Below, piece after piece: positions 36,127 to 44,510 of a stretch of DNA of 64,000 nt. The notes under the pieces were generated by a model that was not told the origin of the DNA, searched no databases, and was given only the letters and a program-made list of their open reading frames with translations. Both the position numbers and the translations under genes were made by a program. Position 1 is the first letter of the stretch, and the number at the start of each line of letters is the position of its first letter. Origin of the DNA: Acidimicrobiia bacterium (lineage in GTDB: Bacteria > Actinomycetota > Acidimicrobiia > IMCC26256 > JAENVU01); NCBI GenBank assembly GCA_046598395.1, contig JBKJIQ010000047.1, positions 81,434 through 145,433 of the forward strand. Direction: 5' to 3'.

Positions 36127-36770
36127 CCCGACCGCACTTCTGTCGCTCGGGTCCGGAGCACCGCGACCCACTCTCTGCGTTCCGTGTCGTACCGACGGAT
36201 CACCCGCGCGGGATTACCGACCGCTACCGAATAGCTCGGGAGCTCCCCGGTGACCACCGAGCCCGCCCCGACGGCCACGTGTTCGCCAACCTGGGCGCCC
36301 GGCAACACGATCGAGCCATGACCGAGCCACGAACCGGCGCCCACCACCACCGGCTTCGGCGGCGCGAACTGCTCCCCGATCGTGAGATCGACATTCTCGT
36401 AGCCGTGGTTCGCGTCCGTGATGTACACGTTGTGACCAGTGAACACACCGTCGCCGATCACGATCGACTCGTGACCGACCACACCGCTCCCCCGCCCGAT
36501 CAACACGTGATCGCCGATCGTCACCACCGGGTTGTGATCCGGGACATGGCCCGGCATCACGCCGGCGGCCAACGAGCAATACGGCCCCACAATGACGTCC
36601 GCGCCGATCCGGATGTACGGCTCTCCGTAGAGCGCCACCGTCGGAAACAGAATTCCGCTCCGAGCGCCGAAGGCCCCAAAGGACCTGCCGCGTCGGCTGT
36701 CCGGTCCGATCGCGGCGTGCATGGCGTACCAGCGGAACGCCGCATCAAAGAGTTCACTCCGCCCGCGCAC
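36105..36770 (-). CDS. hexapeptide-repeat (LbH) acyltransferase
   Basis: 221 aa with left-handed beta-helix repeats: IGADVIVGPYCSL, IGDHVLIGRGSGVVGH, IGDGVFTGHNVYI, VGAGSWLGHGSIVLPG, VGEHVAVGAGSVV. Confidence 0.85.
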   Translation of the reverse strand: MRGRSELFDAAFRWYAMHAAIGPDSRRGRSFGAFGARSGILFPTVALYGEPYIRIGADVIVGPYCSLAAGVMPGHVPDHNPVVTIGDHVLIGRGSGVVGHESIVIGDGVFTGHNVYITDANHGYENVDLTIGEQFAPPKPVVVGAGSWLGHGSIVLPGAQVGEHVAVGAGSVVTGELPSYSVAVGNPARVIRRYDTERREWVAVLRTRATEVRSGQGAGEG

Positions 36771-36813
36771 CGAGGCAATGTAGCCACCGACGGGGAACCC
36801 CTACCATCCCGGG

Positions 36814-37839
36814 ATGCACATCGGGTTGCTGTTCGACTTTCCGCAGCGTGACGGCGGCGATGGGTTGGAGGCGGCAGTGCGGCTCGGCCTCGTCGCCAGC
36901 GGCGTGGATCTCGCGGGAGTGACGTTCACCCGCCGAGAGGCCATCGGACATCCGACCTGCCCCGTGGAGGATGTGGTGGTTGGCTTCGACGAACTCGTCG
37001 CTGAGGGCGTCGACATCATCATCGGACCATCGATCTCCGACAACTGCCTCGCGCCTCGGGATGCGGCAGACCGCGCTCAGGTCCCCACGATCAACTACTC
37101 GGGCGGTGAGCGCACCCGGTCGGATTGGATGTTTCAATACCAAGTGGGATCGCTCGAGGACGAGCCCCCGCTGCTCGTCGACCGAATGCGCGAACGCGCC
37201 ATGAGTCGGTGTGTTGTCATTCACGACGCGTCGATCGTTGGCGAGCGCTACCGGGAAGTGCTCGGCTGGTCGACCGCCGACGCCGGAATCGAGATCGCGC
37301 ACAGTGCCGCGATCGAACCGTTGGCCACTGACCTCGCTGCGATCATCACGGAGATGCGGGGCCATGACCCCGACGTGGTCGTGTATCTCGGACTCGGCGC
37401 CTCATCGCACGCCGTAGCGACGGCCATCCGCGACGCGAGGTGGGACACTCCCGTACTCGCGAACTCGGCGCTGATGTTCGGCTACCTCCGCCCCGAGTGG
37501 CACGAAGCCTGGGTGCAATGGGAATACATCGACACCGTGGCCGACGACAACCAGACCCGACAGGCGTTCGCTGTGCTCGATCGTCGGAGCGCGGCGAGCC
37601 CCGTGGGGTGTTGCGCGTACGACATCGGCCGACTCGTGGGCGCGGCGGCGCGCCGGGCGGATCGCATCGATCGCGCCGGTCTGCGCGAGGGACTCGAACG
37701 AGTGAAGCAACTGCCGGCGGCATCGGGGTACGACGGCACCCTGATGGGGTTCGGCGTTCAGGACCGCGCCGCGCTGAAGGGCCAGTTTCTCGTCCTGCGC
37801 GCGTGGCGCGATGGCCGCAGCGTGCAGGTCCCCCGTTAG
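36814..37839 (+). CDS. periplasmic-binding-protein type 1 fold protein lacking any signal peptide (AmiC-like cytoplasmic?)
   Basis: 341 aa. It starts directly with MHIGLLFDFP..., which looks like the first beta strand of LivJ-type binding proteins. No upstream in-frame start is available, because the track ORF begins here. No hydrophobic N-terminus. Confidence 0.7.
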   Translation: MHIGLLFDFPQRDGGDGLEAAVRLGLVASGVDLAGVTFTRREAIGHPTCPVEDVVVGFDELVAEGVDIIIGPSISDNCLAPRDAADRAQVPTINYSGGERTRSDWMFQYQVGSLEDEPPLLVDRMRERAMSRCVVIHDASIVGERYREVLGWSTADAGIEIAHSAAIEPLATDLAAIITEMRGHDPDVVVYLGLGASSHAVATAIRDARWDTPVLANSALMFGYLRPEWHEAWVQWEYIDTVADDNQTRQAFAVLDRRSAASPVGCCAYDIGRLVGAAARRADRIDRAGLREGLERVKQLPAASGYDGTLMGFGVQDRAALKGQFLVLRAWRDGRSVQVPR

Positions 37840-38651
37840 CCAGCCGCCTCGTCCGGCGTCGCCTTCGTCTCACCGTCGGCCGCGCGCGCCAGACTCGCTT
37901 CGAGCGCGGCCATGAGGTCCAACACCTTGGCCGGCGCGTCAGGCGCGGCCGGGGCAACGATCTCCTCGCCGGCGGCCTTCTTGTCGATCAGGGCAAGCAG
38001 TTGCTCGCGGTACTCGTCGTGATACTTCGTGGCATCGAAATCACCCGAGAGCGCCTCGACCAATTGCCGAGCCATCAACACCTCGCGATCGTTGAACTCG
38101 ACATCACCGGACTCCGGCAGACCGAGCGTGGACCGATCCACGATCTCATCGGCATACCGCATCGTTTCGACACACAACATGCCATCGACGGGCCGGATTG
38201 CAACCAGACGCTCTTTGGCGCGAATCACGACCCGGCCGACGGCAACCTTGCCGAGCTCCGTCATCGCATCCACGAGTAGCTGATAGGGCTTGGCTGCTTT
38301 CTCATCCACCATCACGTAATACGGCGTGTCGAAGTAGATCGGGTCGATGTCGGCGAGGTCGACGAAGTCCTCGATGTCAATCGTGTGGCCGGCCTTGGGT
38401 GCGAGAGCGTCGAGCTCGTCCTTCTCGACGATCACATACCGGCCCTTCTCGATCTCGTACCCCTTCACGATGCGATCGGACGTGACTTCGTCGCCCGTCT
38501 GTTCCGAGACCCGCCGGTACCGGACCCGGGACGCGGTCCCGGCTTCGAGTTGATTGAACGAAACATCGCGCGACTTCGTGGCCGGCGTGAGCTTCACCGG
38601 CACCGTCACAAGTCCAAAGCTGATGGTTCCAGTCCACACCGCGGTGGGCAC
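37836..38651 (-). CDS. ku: Ku DNA end-binding protein (NHEJ)
   Basis: 271 aa with a GTG start. VWTGTISFGLVTVPVKL and IDPIYFDTPYYV are characteristic bacterial Ku blocks. Confidence 0.93.
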   Translation of the reverse strand: MPTAVWTGTISFGLVTVPVKLTPATKSRDVSFNQLEAGTASRVRYRRVSEQTGDEVTSDRIVKGYEIEKGRYVIVEKDELDALAPKAGHTIDIEDFVDLADIDPIYFDTPYYVMVDEKAAKPYQLLVDAMTELGKVAVGRVVIRAKERLVAIRPVDGMLCVETMRYADEIVDRSTLGLPESGDVEFNDREVLMARQLVEALSGDFDATKYHDEYREQLLALIDKKAAGEEIVAPAAPDAPAKVLDLMAALEASLARAADGETKATPDEAAG

Positions 38652-38694
38652 GACGACGACCTCCGGTCCGGGAATGAACCACTAGGTTCGCACA

Positions 38695-39582
38695 ATGGCC
38701 GACGTCGCCGTGCAGATCGGCACGCGAACTCTTCAGCTGTCCAATCTCGGCAAGGTTCTCTACCCCGATACTGGCTTCACGAAGGCGGGCGTCGTCGACT
38801 ACTACGCCCGCATCGCACCGTTGATCGGCCCCCATCTCACGGGCCGTCCGCTCACCCTCGTGCGGTATCCCGATGGCGTGGAAGGCAAGTCGTTCTTCGA
38901 AAAACGGCGGCCACCGTCGGCACCGGACTGGGTGGAAGTGGGCGGCGAACTCGGATCCGTGCTGTGCGACGAGCCCGCCACACTCGTCTGGCTTGCGAAC
39001 CTCGCGGCACTCGAACTCCATACCCATCAACACACCGTCGAGGCACCCGACCTCCCCACTGCGGTGGTAATCGACCTCGATCCCGGCCCACCCGCAACCG
39101 TGATCGACTGCGCGCGGGTCGCCCTCGATCTCCGTGCGGTCCTCGATCGGCTCGATCTGGTCTCGGTGGTGAAGACCTCGGGCTCGAAGGGGCTGCACCT
39201 CTCGGTCCCGATCGCCACGGGGACCGCCGATGACGAAACCACGAAAGCATTCGCGCTCGCGCTCGGTCGGATCCTGGCGAGCGCCGCGCCCGATCGAGTC
39301 ACGATCGCGATGGCCAAGGAGCAACGCCCGGGCAAGGTATTCATCGACTGGAGCCAGAACGATCGGCACAAGACCACCGTCGCCGCGTATTCGCTCCGAG
39401 CGCGATCGCATCCCACCGTGTCGACTCCGGTCACCTGGGACGAAATCTCCACGGCCGCCAAGATGGGCGATACTGCGCTCCTCACCTTCGAAACCGACGC
39501 GGTCCTGGAGCGGGCGGCGAGTCTGGGCGATCTCTACGCCGCGAATCTCAATGGCCAACAGCTCCTCCCGACCCTTGCGTAG
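38695..39582 (+). CDS. stand-alone LigD polymerase/primase domain protein (NHEJ)
   Basis: 295 aa. Contains LSNLGKVLYP, VRYPDGVEGKSFFEKR, and TSGSKGLHLSVPI, typical of the LigD Pol domain. There is no ATP-dependent ligase domain in this ORF or anywhere in the window. Confidence 0.9.
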   Translation: MADVAVQIGTRTLQLSNLGKVLYPDTGFTKAGVVDYYARIAPLIGPHLTGRPLTLVRYPDGVEGKSFFEKRRPPSAPDWVEVGGELGSVLCDEPATLVWLANLAALELHTHQHTVEAPDLPTAVVIDLDPGPPATVIDCARVALDLRAVLDRLDLVSVVKTSGSKGLHLSVPIATGTADDETTKAFALALGRILASAAPDRVTIAMAKEQRPGKVFIDWSQNDRHKTTVAAYSLRARSHPTVSTPVTWDEISTAAKMGDTALLTFETDAVLERAASLGDLYAANLNGQQLLPTLA

Positions 39583-39592
39583 TCTCGGCCCC

Positions 39593-40411
39593 ATGGAGCT
39601 CCGAGGTTCGGTCGCAATCGTCACCGGCGCGAGTCGGGGTGTGGGCGCGGCAACCGCCATCGCACTCGGCGCCCAAGGGGTCAGCGTGGTCTGCGCGGCG
39701 CGCGCTACCGATGCTGCACCCTTGCCGACTCCGGGGACACTGGATGCCACCGTACGCACGATCACCAACGCCGGCGGAATCGCGATTTCGTGTCCCACGA
39801 ACCTCGCGATGGACCGCCAGGTCGAAGCAATGGTCGACACAACGATCGAACGGTTCGGGCGGGTCGACATCCTCGTGAACAACGCCGCGATCACCTTCCC
39901 CGGTGATATCGAACTTCCGATAAAGCGGTTCGATCTGATCTTCGCCGTCGATCTACGGGCCGCCGTTATCGCCGCACAACGCTGCCTGCCAGGGATGATC
40001 AAGCGAGAAGCGGGGTCAATCGTCAATGTGTCATCGGCCGCCGCGCTCAACTACTACCCCGGCCAGATGGCCTACGGCATGGCCAAGGCCGCACTCGAAC
40101 ATTTCACTGTCTCGCTCGCCAGCCAGCTCACTCCGCACCACATCGCAGTGAACACGTTCCGCATCGATGTCCCCGTGGCCTCCGAGGGATTTCTCGCCGC
40201 GATGCCCAACATCGATCACTCCGATTGGGAGCCGCCCGAGGTGGCGGCCGAAGGAATCCTGTGGATGCTGACCCAACCCGCTTCCTCCACCGGGCAGAGT
40301 GTGGGCATGGCCCAGCTGCGGGCCGAACAGGGCATCATGACGACGCGAGCTCTGCGTCCCCATGTGCAGGCCGCCACGATGAACGTGCAGTCGCCACTCG
40401 GAATGCCCTGA
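39593..40411 (+). CDS. SDR-family oxidoreductase
   Basis: The ATG at 39593 gives MELRGSVAIVTGASRGVG. Also has NNAA and YGMAK (YxxxK). It starts 10 nt after the LigD-Pol stop. Confidence 0.88.
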   Translation: MELRGSVAIVTGASRGVGAATAIALGAQGVSVVCAARATDAAPLPTPGTLDATVRTITNAGGIAISCPTNLAMDRQVEAMVDTTIERFGRVDILVNNAAITFPGDIELPIKRFDLIFAVDLRAAVIAAQRCLPGMIKREAGSIVNVSSAAALNYYPGQMAYGMAKAALEHFTVSLASQLTPHHIAVNTFRIDVPVASEGFLAAMPNIDHSDWEPPEVAAEGILWMLTQPASSTGQSVGMAQLRAEQGIMTTRALRPHVQAATMNVQSPLGMP

Positions 40412-40467
40412 TCCATTTCGTCGCCGCGGCTTCGGCAGCCAGGGCGTCGGGTACGGTCCCGTCTCTC

Positions 40468-41148
40468 ATGACCGGAGTGGCGATCACCGCGCGCGCGGTT
40501 TCCTTCGAATACCGCACCGGTCCGCGTCGCGTCGACGTCTTGCGCGATCTCGACTTCGACATCGCGGCCGGCGAACACATTGCCATCACCGGATCGTCAG
40601 GTGCAGGGAAGACGACCCTGTTGGCGCTCCTCGGCGGTCTGGAACGGGTCCAGTCGGGCAGCCTCACCGTGGGTGATCAGGACCTCTCTCCGCTCCGCGG
40701 TGATGGGCTGGCCGAGTACCGCCAACAAACGGTCGGATTCGTCTTTCAACATTTCGGACTCCTCGGCAATCTCACGGCGCTCGAGAATGTGGAACTCGCG
40801 ATGACCATCGCAGCGCGGGACCGCAAGCTGCGACGGGCTCGAGCGGTCGAACTCCTCGACGCGGTCGGAGTCGGGCACCGGGCCGATCATCGCCCCGCGC
40901 ACCTGAGTGGCGGTGAATCACAGCGTGTTGCGGTCGCCCGGGCCCTGGCGAATGATCCTGCCCTCGTGCTCGCCGATGAGCCCACGGGAAACCTCGACGG
41001 CGACACCGCAACCACCGTCTTGGATCTCCTCGACGACATCGCCCGCGCTCGCCTCTGCACCATGGTCACGGTCACGCACGACCCGGCGGTGGCCGGTCGC
41101 GCGGCCCGGCAGTTCCATCTCACCGACGGCACCATCGAGAACGCATGA
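40468..41148 (+). CDS. ABC transporter ATP-binding protein (MacB/LolD-type)
   Basis: ATG at 40468. Walker A GSSGAGKTT, signature LSGGESQR, Walker B LVLADEPTGNLD. Confidence 0.9.
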   Translation: MTGVAITARAVSFEYRTGPRRVDVLRDLDFDIAAGEHIAITGSSGAGKTTLLALLGGLERVQSGSLTVGDQDLSPLRGDGLAEYRQQTVGFVFQHFGLLGNLTALENVELAMTIAARDRKLRRARAVELLDAVGVGHRADHRPAHLSGGESQRVAVARALANDPALVLADEPTGNLDGDTATTVLDLLDDIARARLCTMVTVTHDPAVAGRAARQFHLTDGTIENA

Positions 41149-41155
41149 CCCACGG

Positions 41156-42460
41156 ATGCCGCCGATGAGTTGGTTCGATGCGTTCGTTGCGGCCGGGCGA
41201 TCTTTGGCTCGGCGATCGGGTCGGGCTGCACTCACGGTCCTCGCCGTTGCGCTCGCAGCCGCGTTGCTGAGCGCGCTGTTGATTATTTCGAGTGCCGCCC
41301 AAACGCGGGTGTTGAGTCAGCTCTCGAAAGGTGGACCGCTCGCCGGGATCCAGGTCGCAGCAGCCGCACCCGGACCCGACGCGCTCGACACCGACAACCC
41401 GAAACCCGGACGCGCCCGAGCCATCGACACTGCGGCGATTCGGCGGATCCAGCGCCTCACGCAGGTGCGGTCGGTGCTCCCGCTCGAGACCAATCCCGTC
41501 CTCGCCGTGCCCCAGGACCGGAGCATCGAGCCGTTCCGCAATTCCATTGCCGGGCTCGATCTTCGCCGGGTCACTTCCCTGCCGATCAGCGTGGTGGTCG
41601 GGCGGACTCCGACCCCAAAGTCGAAGACCGAGGTCGCCGTGACCGAGGGGTATCTCCACCGCCTTGGCCTGGACCGCAAGACCGCGATCAAGGCGATCGG
41701 TACTGAGGTCGAACTCGGCGCGCCCCGCGTGTTTCAGTCGGGTCGGCGTCGCGTTGAGGTGCGTGGTCGATGGTTGAAGGCACAGATCGTTGGGGTTGTT
41801 GCTCAGCAGGTCTTCGATTCACAGTTTCTCGGCTCACGCGAGATGGTGCGAGACGCGCGATCGTGGTCGAGCCAGTCGGTGGCGAACTCCGAGTTCGGGA
41901 TTCCAGCCGCGCGCTATGCAGGCCTCTTCGTGATCGCGGACGGACTCAACTCGGTGGGAACGGTCCGGGCTCGGATCACGGCGTTGGGCTACTCGACGAG
42001 TGCGCCGGAGAATCTGGTGGAGACCGTTCGTCGGTATCTCCGAGTGGTTGAGATTGTGCTCGCAGGGATTGGTCTGATCGCGCTCGCCATCGCGGCGCTT
42101 GGCATCACAAACGCGTTGCTCGCTGCCATCCGGGAGCGCCGCCGAGAGATCGGCGTCCTCAAGGCAATCGGAGCGAAGGACCGCGACGTTCGGCGTCTCT
42201 TTCTTATCGAGGCGGGCGCGACGGGATTGGTCGGTGGTCTGTTAGGAACGCTGGCGGGGTACGGCATCGCTCGCATTCTCGGCGCGGTTGTCAACAGCTA
42301 TCTCGTCGATCAGGGCCTCCCCGGCGTGGGGATCGGACTGCCGTGGCTCGTCCTGCTTGGTGGCGTCTTCGGCTCCGCCATGCTTGCCACTCTGGCGGGC
42401 CTGATTCCGGCGCAGCGGGCGGCCCGGCTCCCGGCGCGCGACGCGATGGGAGACGCATGA
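41156..42460 (+). CDS. FtsX/MacB-type ABC transporter permease
   Basis: The ATG at 41156 gives MPPMSWFDAF.... One N-terminal TM helix is followed by a roughly 250-aa extracytoplasmic segment and a C-terminal FtsX-like 3-TM block (IGVLKAIGAKDRDVRRLFLIEAG). Confidence 0.85.
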   Translation: MPPMSWFDAFVAAGRSLARRSGRAALTVLAVALAAALLSALLIISSAAQTRVLSQLSKGGPLAGIQVAAAAPGPDALDTDNPKPGRARAIDTAAIRRIQRLTQVRSVLPLETNPVLAVPQDRSIEPFRNSIAGLDLRRVTSLPISVVVGRTPTPKSKTEVAVTEGYLHRLGLDRKTAIKAIGTEVELGAPRVFQSGRRRVEVRGRWLKAQIVGVVAQQVFDSQFLGSREMVRDARSWSSQSVANSEFGIPAARYAGLFVIADGLNSVGTVRARITALGYSTSAPENLVETVRRYLRVVEIVLAGIGLIALAIAALGITNALLAAIRERRREIGVLKAIGAKDRDVRRLFLIEAGATGLVGGLLGTLAGYGIARILGAVVNSYLVDQGLPGVGIGLPWLVLLGGVFGSAMLATLAGLIPAQRAARLPARDAMGDA

Positions 42461-43212
42461 CCCGCGGCCGAGTTACCACTATCGGACTGGCCGTCACGCT
42501 GGTGCTGGCGGCGTGCAGCAGCGGTGCACCCCCGACCGTCGCGACGACCCCCGCCGGAGCCCGCGATGTTTACGTGGCGCTCGGAAACGGTGAGACCGCC
42601 GGCAATGGCGTGAAGGACCGGATCCGAGACGCCTGGCCGCAGGTCGTCTATCGGGATCAGCTGTCGAAGGCGTCGATCTTCGCCAACTTCGGCGAAGAGG
42701 ACGTGACCGTCGCCGACGCACTGACCGACCAGCTGCTCCCTGCACTTGCACTCAATCCGACGGTAGCGACGGTGCACCTCACCGACGATCAATTCCTGCG
42801 TACACCCGTCGCCGATTTCGAACGAAACCTCATGACGCTGGTTCGTCGGTTGCAACGCAACGGTCGCACCGCGGTCGTGATCGGCACCATCCTGCCGCAG
42901 GACCGCGAACCGGGTGTTCTGGCGTGCACCCCAAACCCTCCCCTCAACGCAGCGCGCTGTCGGATCGGAAGCATTGGCGATCCGACCGAGGGCAACGCCC
43001 GGCTCGAACTCTTCAATGCCGCGATTCGCCGCGTGGCATCAGCAACGGATGCGCGACTCGCCGACGTCCACGCCGCCTTTCTCGCGGCCCGAGCCGCGGG
43101 TGGCGAGGACGCACTCTGGGCCGGCAACGACTTCTCTCCGAATGTGGCCGGCCATCAGATACTCGCCCGTGAGTTCGGTACGGGCGTCCGGGATGCGCTG
43201 AAATCGCGCTGA
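42457..43212 (+). CDS. SGNH/GDSL-fold lipoprotein with apparently degenerate catalytic motifs
   Basis: ATGA overlap with the permease gene. Lipobox in LAVTLVLAACSS. Block I reads ALGNGETAG instead of GDS(L), and block V reads NDFSPNVAGH instead of DxxHPN..GH. Confidence 0.7.
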   Translation: MTRGRVTTIGLAVTLVLAACSSGAPPTVATTPAGARDVYVALGNGETAGNGVKDRIRDAWPQVVYRDQLSKASIFANFGEEDVTVADALTDQLLPALALNPTVATVHLTDDQFLRTPVADFERNLMTLVRRLQRNGRTAVVIGTILPQDREPGVLACTPNPPLNAARCRIGSIGDPTEGNARLELFNAAIRRVASATDARLADVHAAFLAARAAGGEDALWAGNDFSPNVAGHQILAREFGTGVRDALKSR

Positions 43213-43895
43213 TGCCTCCGCGCGATTCACAACGAAGCCGTGTGTACCGCGCCGAGACGCCGCTCGGTGGACGTCGGCTTCCCGCCCTGCCCGACTGCGC
43301 GTCCTACCTCGACGACGTCGTGGGGTCCCTCTGGTGGAACGCTCGGTTCCCCGAACTCGACTTGTTTCGTGCCCCGCGGCTCCGGCCGGGCAACGGCGCC
43401 CGCCAGGCGTTCTATCGGGAGGAGGCCGACGGCCCCACGATCACGCTCCCCCGGCGCTACCGGACCGCAGCGGTCATCCTGCACGAGCTTGCCCATTGGG
43501 CCCTGGGTCAGGAACTCGACCTCCCGAACCATGGCCGGACGTTCACGCGCCTTCTCCTCGACGCCACCGCCGAGTTCATGGGCCCGGCCAAGCGCGATCT
43601 CCTCGCTGCGGGATACACCGAGCATCGCGTACGCATCGGACCGCCACCGCGGATCGGACGTGACGGCCGCTACGACTACACCTGGGACGAACGGCTCCGC
43701 GTCAGCCGGGGCAAGAACGTCATCGTGGGGTGGGGTGATGCTGAGTACACCACCGGCGCCCTCATTTCCCGCGCCCATCGGACGGTCACGCTTCTCCATG
43801 AGCATGGGGAGCAACGCATTCCCGAACGTGAGATCTGGCGCGTGACGAGCCTCGATCTCCCGGCCGACGGGGGCCAACATCCTCGGCCTCAGTGA
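43212..43895 (+). CDS. HExxH putative metallohydrolase (actinobacterial TIGR04338-like family)
   Basis: TGATG overlap with the previous gene. 227 aa. N-terminal SRVYRAE and the zinc motif ILHELAHW. No signal peptide. Confidence 0.7.
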   Translation: MPPRDSQRSRVYRAETPLGGRRLPALPDCASYLDDVVGSLWWNARFPELDLFRAPRLRPGNGARQAFYREEADGPTITLPRRYRTAAVILHELAHWALGQELDLPNHGRTFTRLLLDATAEFMGPAKRDLLAAGYTEHRVRIGPPPRIGRDGRYDYTWDERLRVSRGKNVIVGWGDAEYTTGALISRAHRTVTLLHEHGEQRIPEREIWRVTSLDLPADGGQHPRPQ

Positions 43896-43905
43896 GGCTC
43901 GCTCA

Positions 43906-44496
43906 TCAGTCCAACGCCTGGCGGGCCTCCGAAAGCCCGCGGCCGTGGCGACCGAGGAGATCGGCCCACGAATCGCCGGTGTCGACGCCCGGCCCGTTGC
44001 CCGGCCACCCTTCCGTGTGGATCAACAGCCGTTGACACAGGTCCCGCGGCGGATCAAATGAAACGCCGAGACCCGAGCAGACATCGTGGGCGTGCAGTAT
44101 CAGTTCGAGCCCGCCGCGGGCAGCGAAGTCGACCGGCGTCGCGGTTTCGGCCTCGGGGAACCGCCAGATAATGGCGCGATCGCTCGGGGCGGCCACGATG
44201 ACGACTGCGTACAACATCGTGGTGACTGCGCGCAGGCCGTCGACCAACTCGGTGGGATCGGAACCGGGAAGCGCGTGGAGTTCGCTGAAGTTCGGATACG
44301 AGTCTTGTCGGAGTGACCCAAGCATCAATGCGTAGGCAAACACACAATCAATGGTGTGATCAGCCGTGTCGAAGCAATTCCAGTCGAGCGTGCCGGCGGG
44401 GACCGACCAGTCACGATCGATCCCCTCGTTCCATGCGGCGATGACGAGATCGCCGAGGAGCCGAAAGTCGGCTGGCGAAAATCCGGCGTCCGCCAC
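43906..44496 (-). CDS. DinB/mycothiol-maleylpyruvate-isomerase N-terminal domain family protein
   Basis: I chose the GTG at 44496 because everything upstream in the track ORF overlaps the thiolase gene. His-containing helices TADHTIDC and LELILHAHD resemble the DinB metal triad. Confidence 0.6.
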   Translation of the reverse strand: MADAGFSPADFRLLGDLVIAAWNEGIDRDWSVPAGTLDWNCFDTADHTIDCVFAYALMLGSLRQDSYPNFSELHALPGSDPTELVDGLRAVTTMLYAVVIVAAPSDRAIIWRFPEAETATPVDFAARGGLELILHAHDVCSGLGVSFDPPRDLCQRLLIHTEGWPGNGPGVDTGDSWADLLGRHGRGLSEARQALD

Positions 44497-44510
44497 AGTG
44501 ACCGCCGGCC

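Noticed and set aside
38377-40050. 557-aa ORF on the minus strand spanning Ku, LigD-Pol and the SDR
   Set aside because: It overlaps three independently well-supported genes on both strands. The composition is low-complexity and it has no family resemblance.
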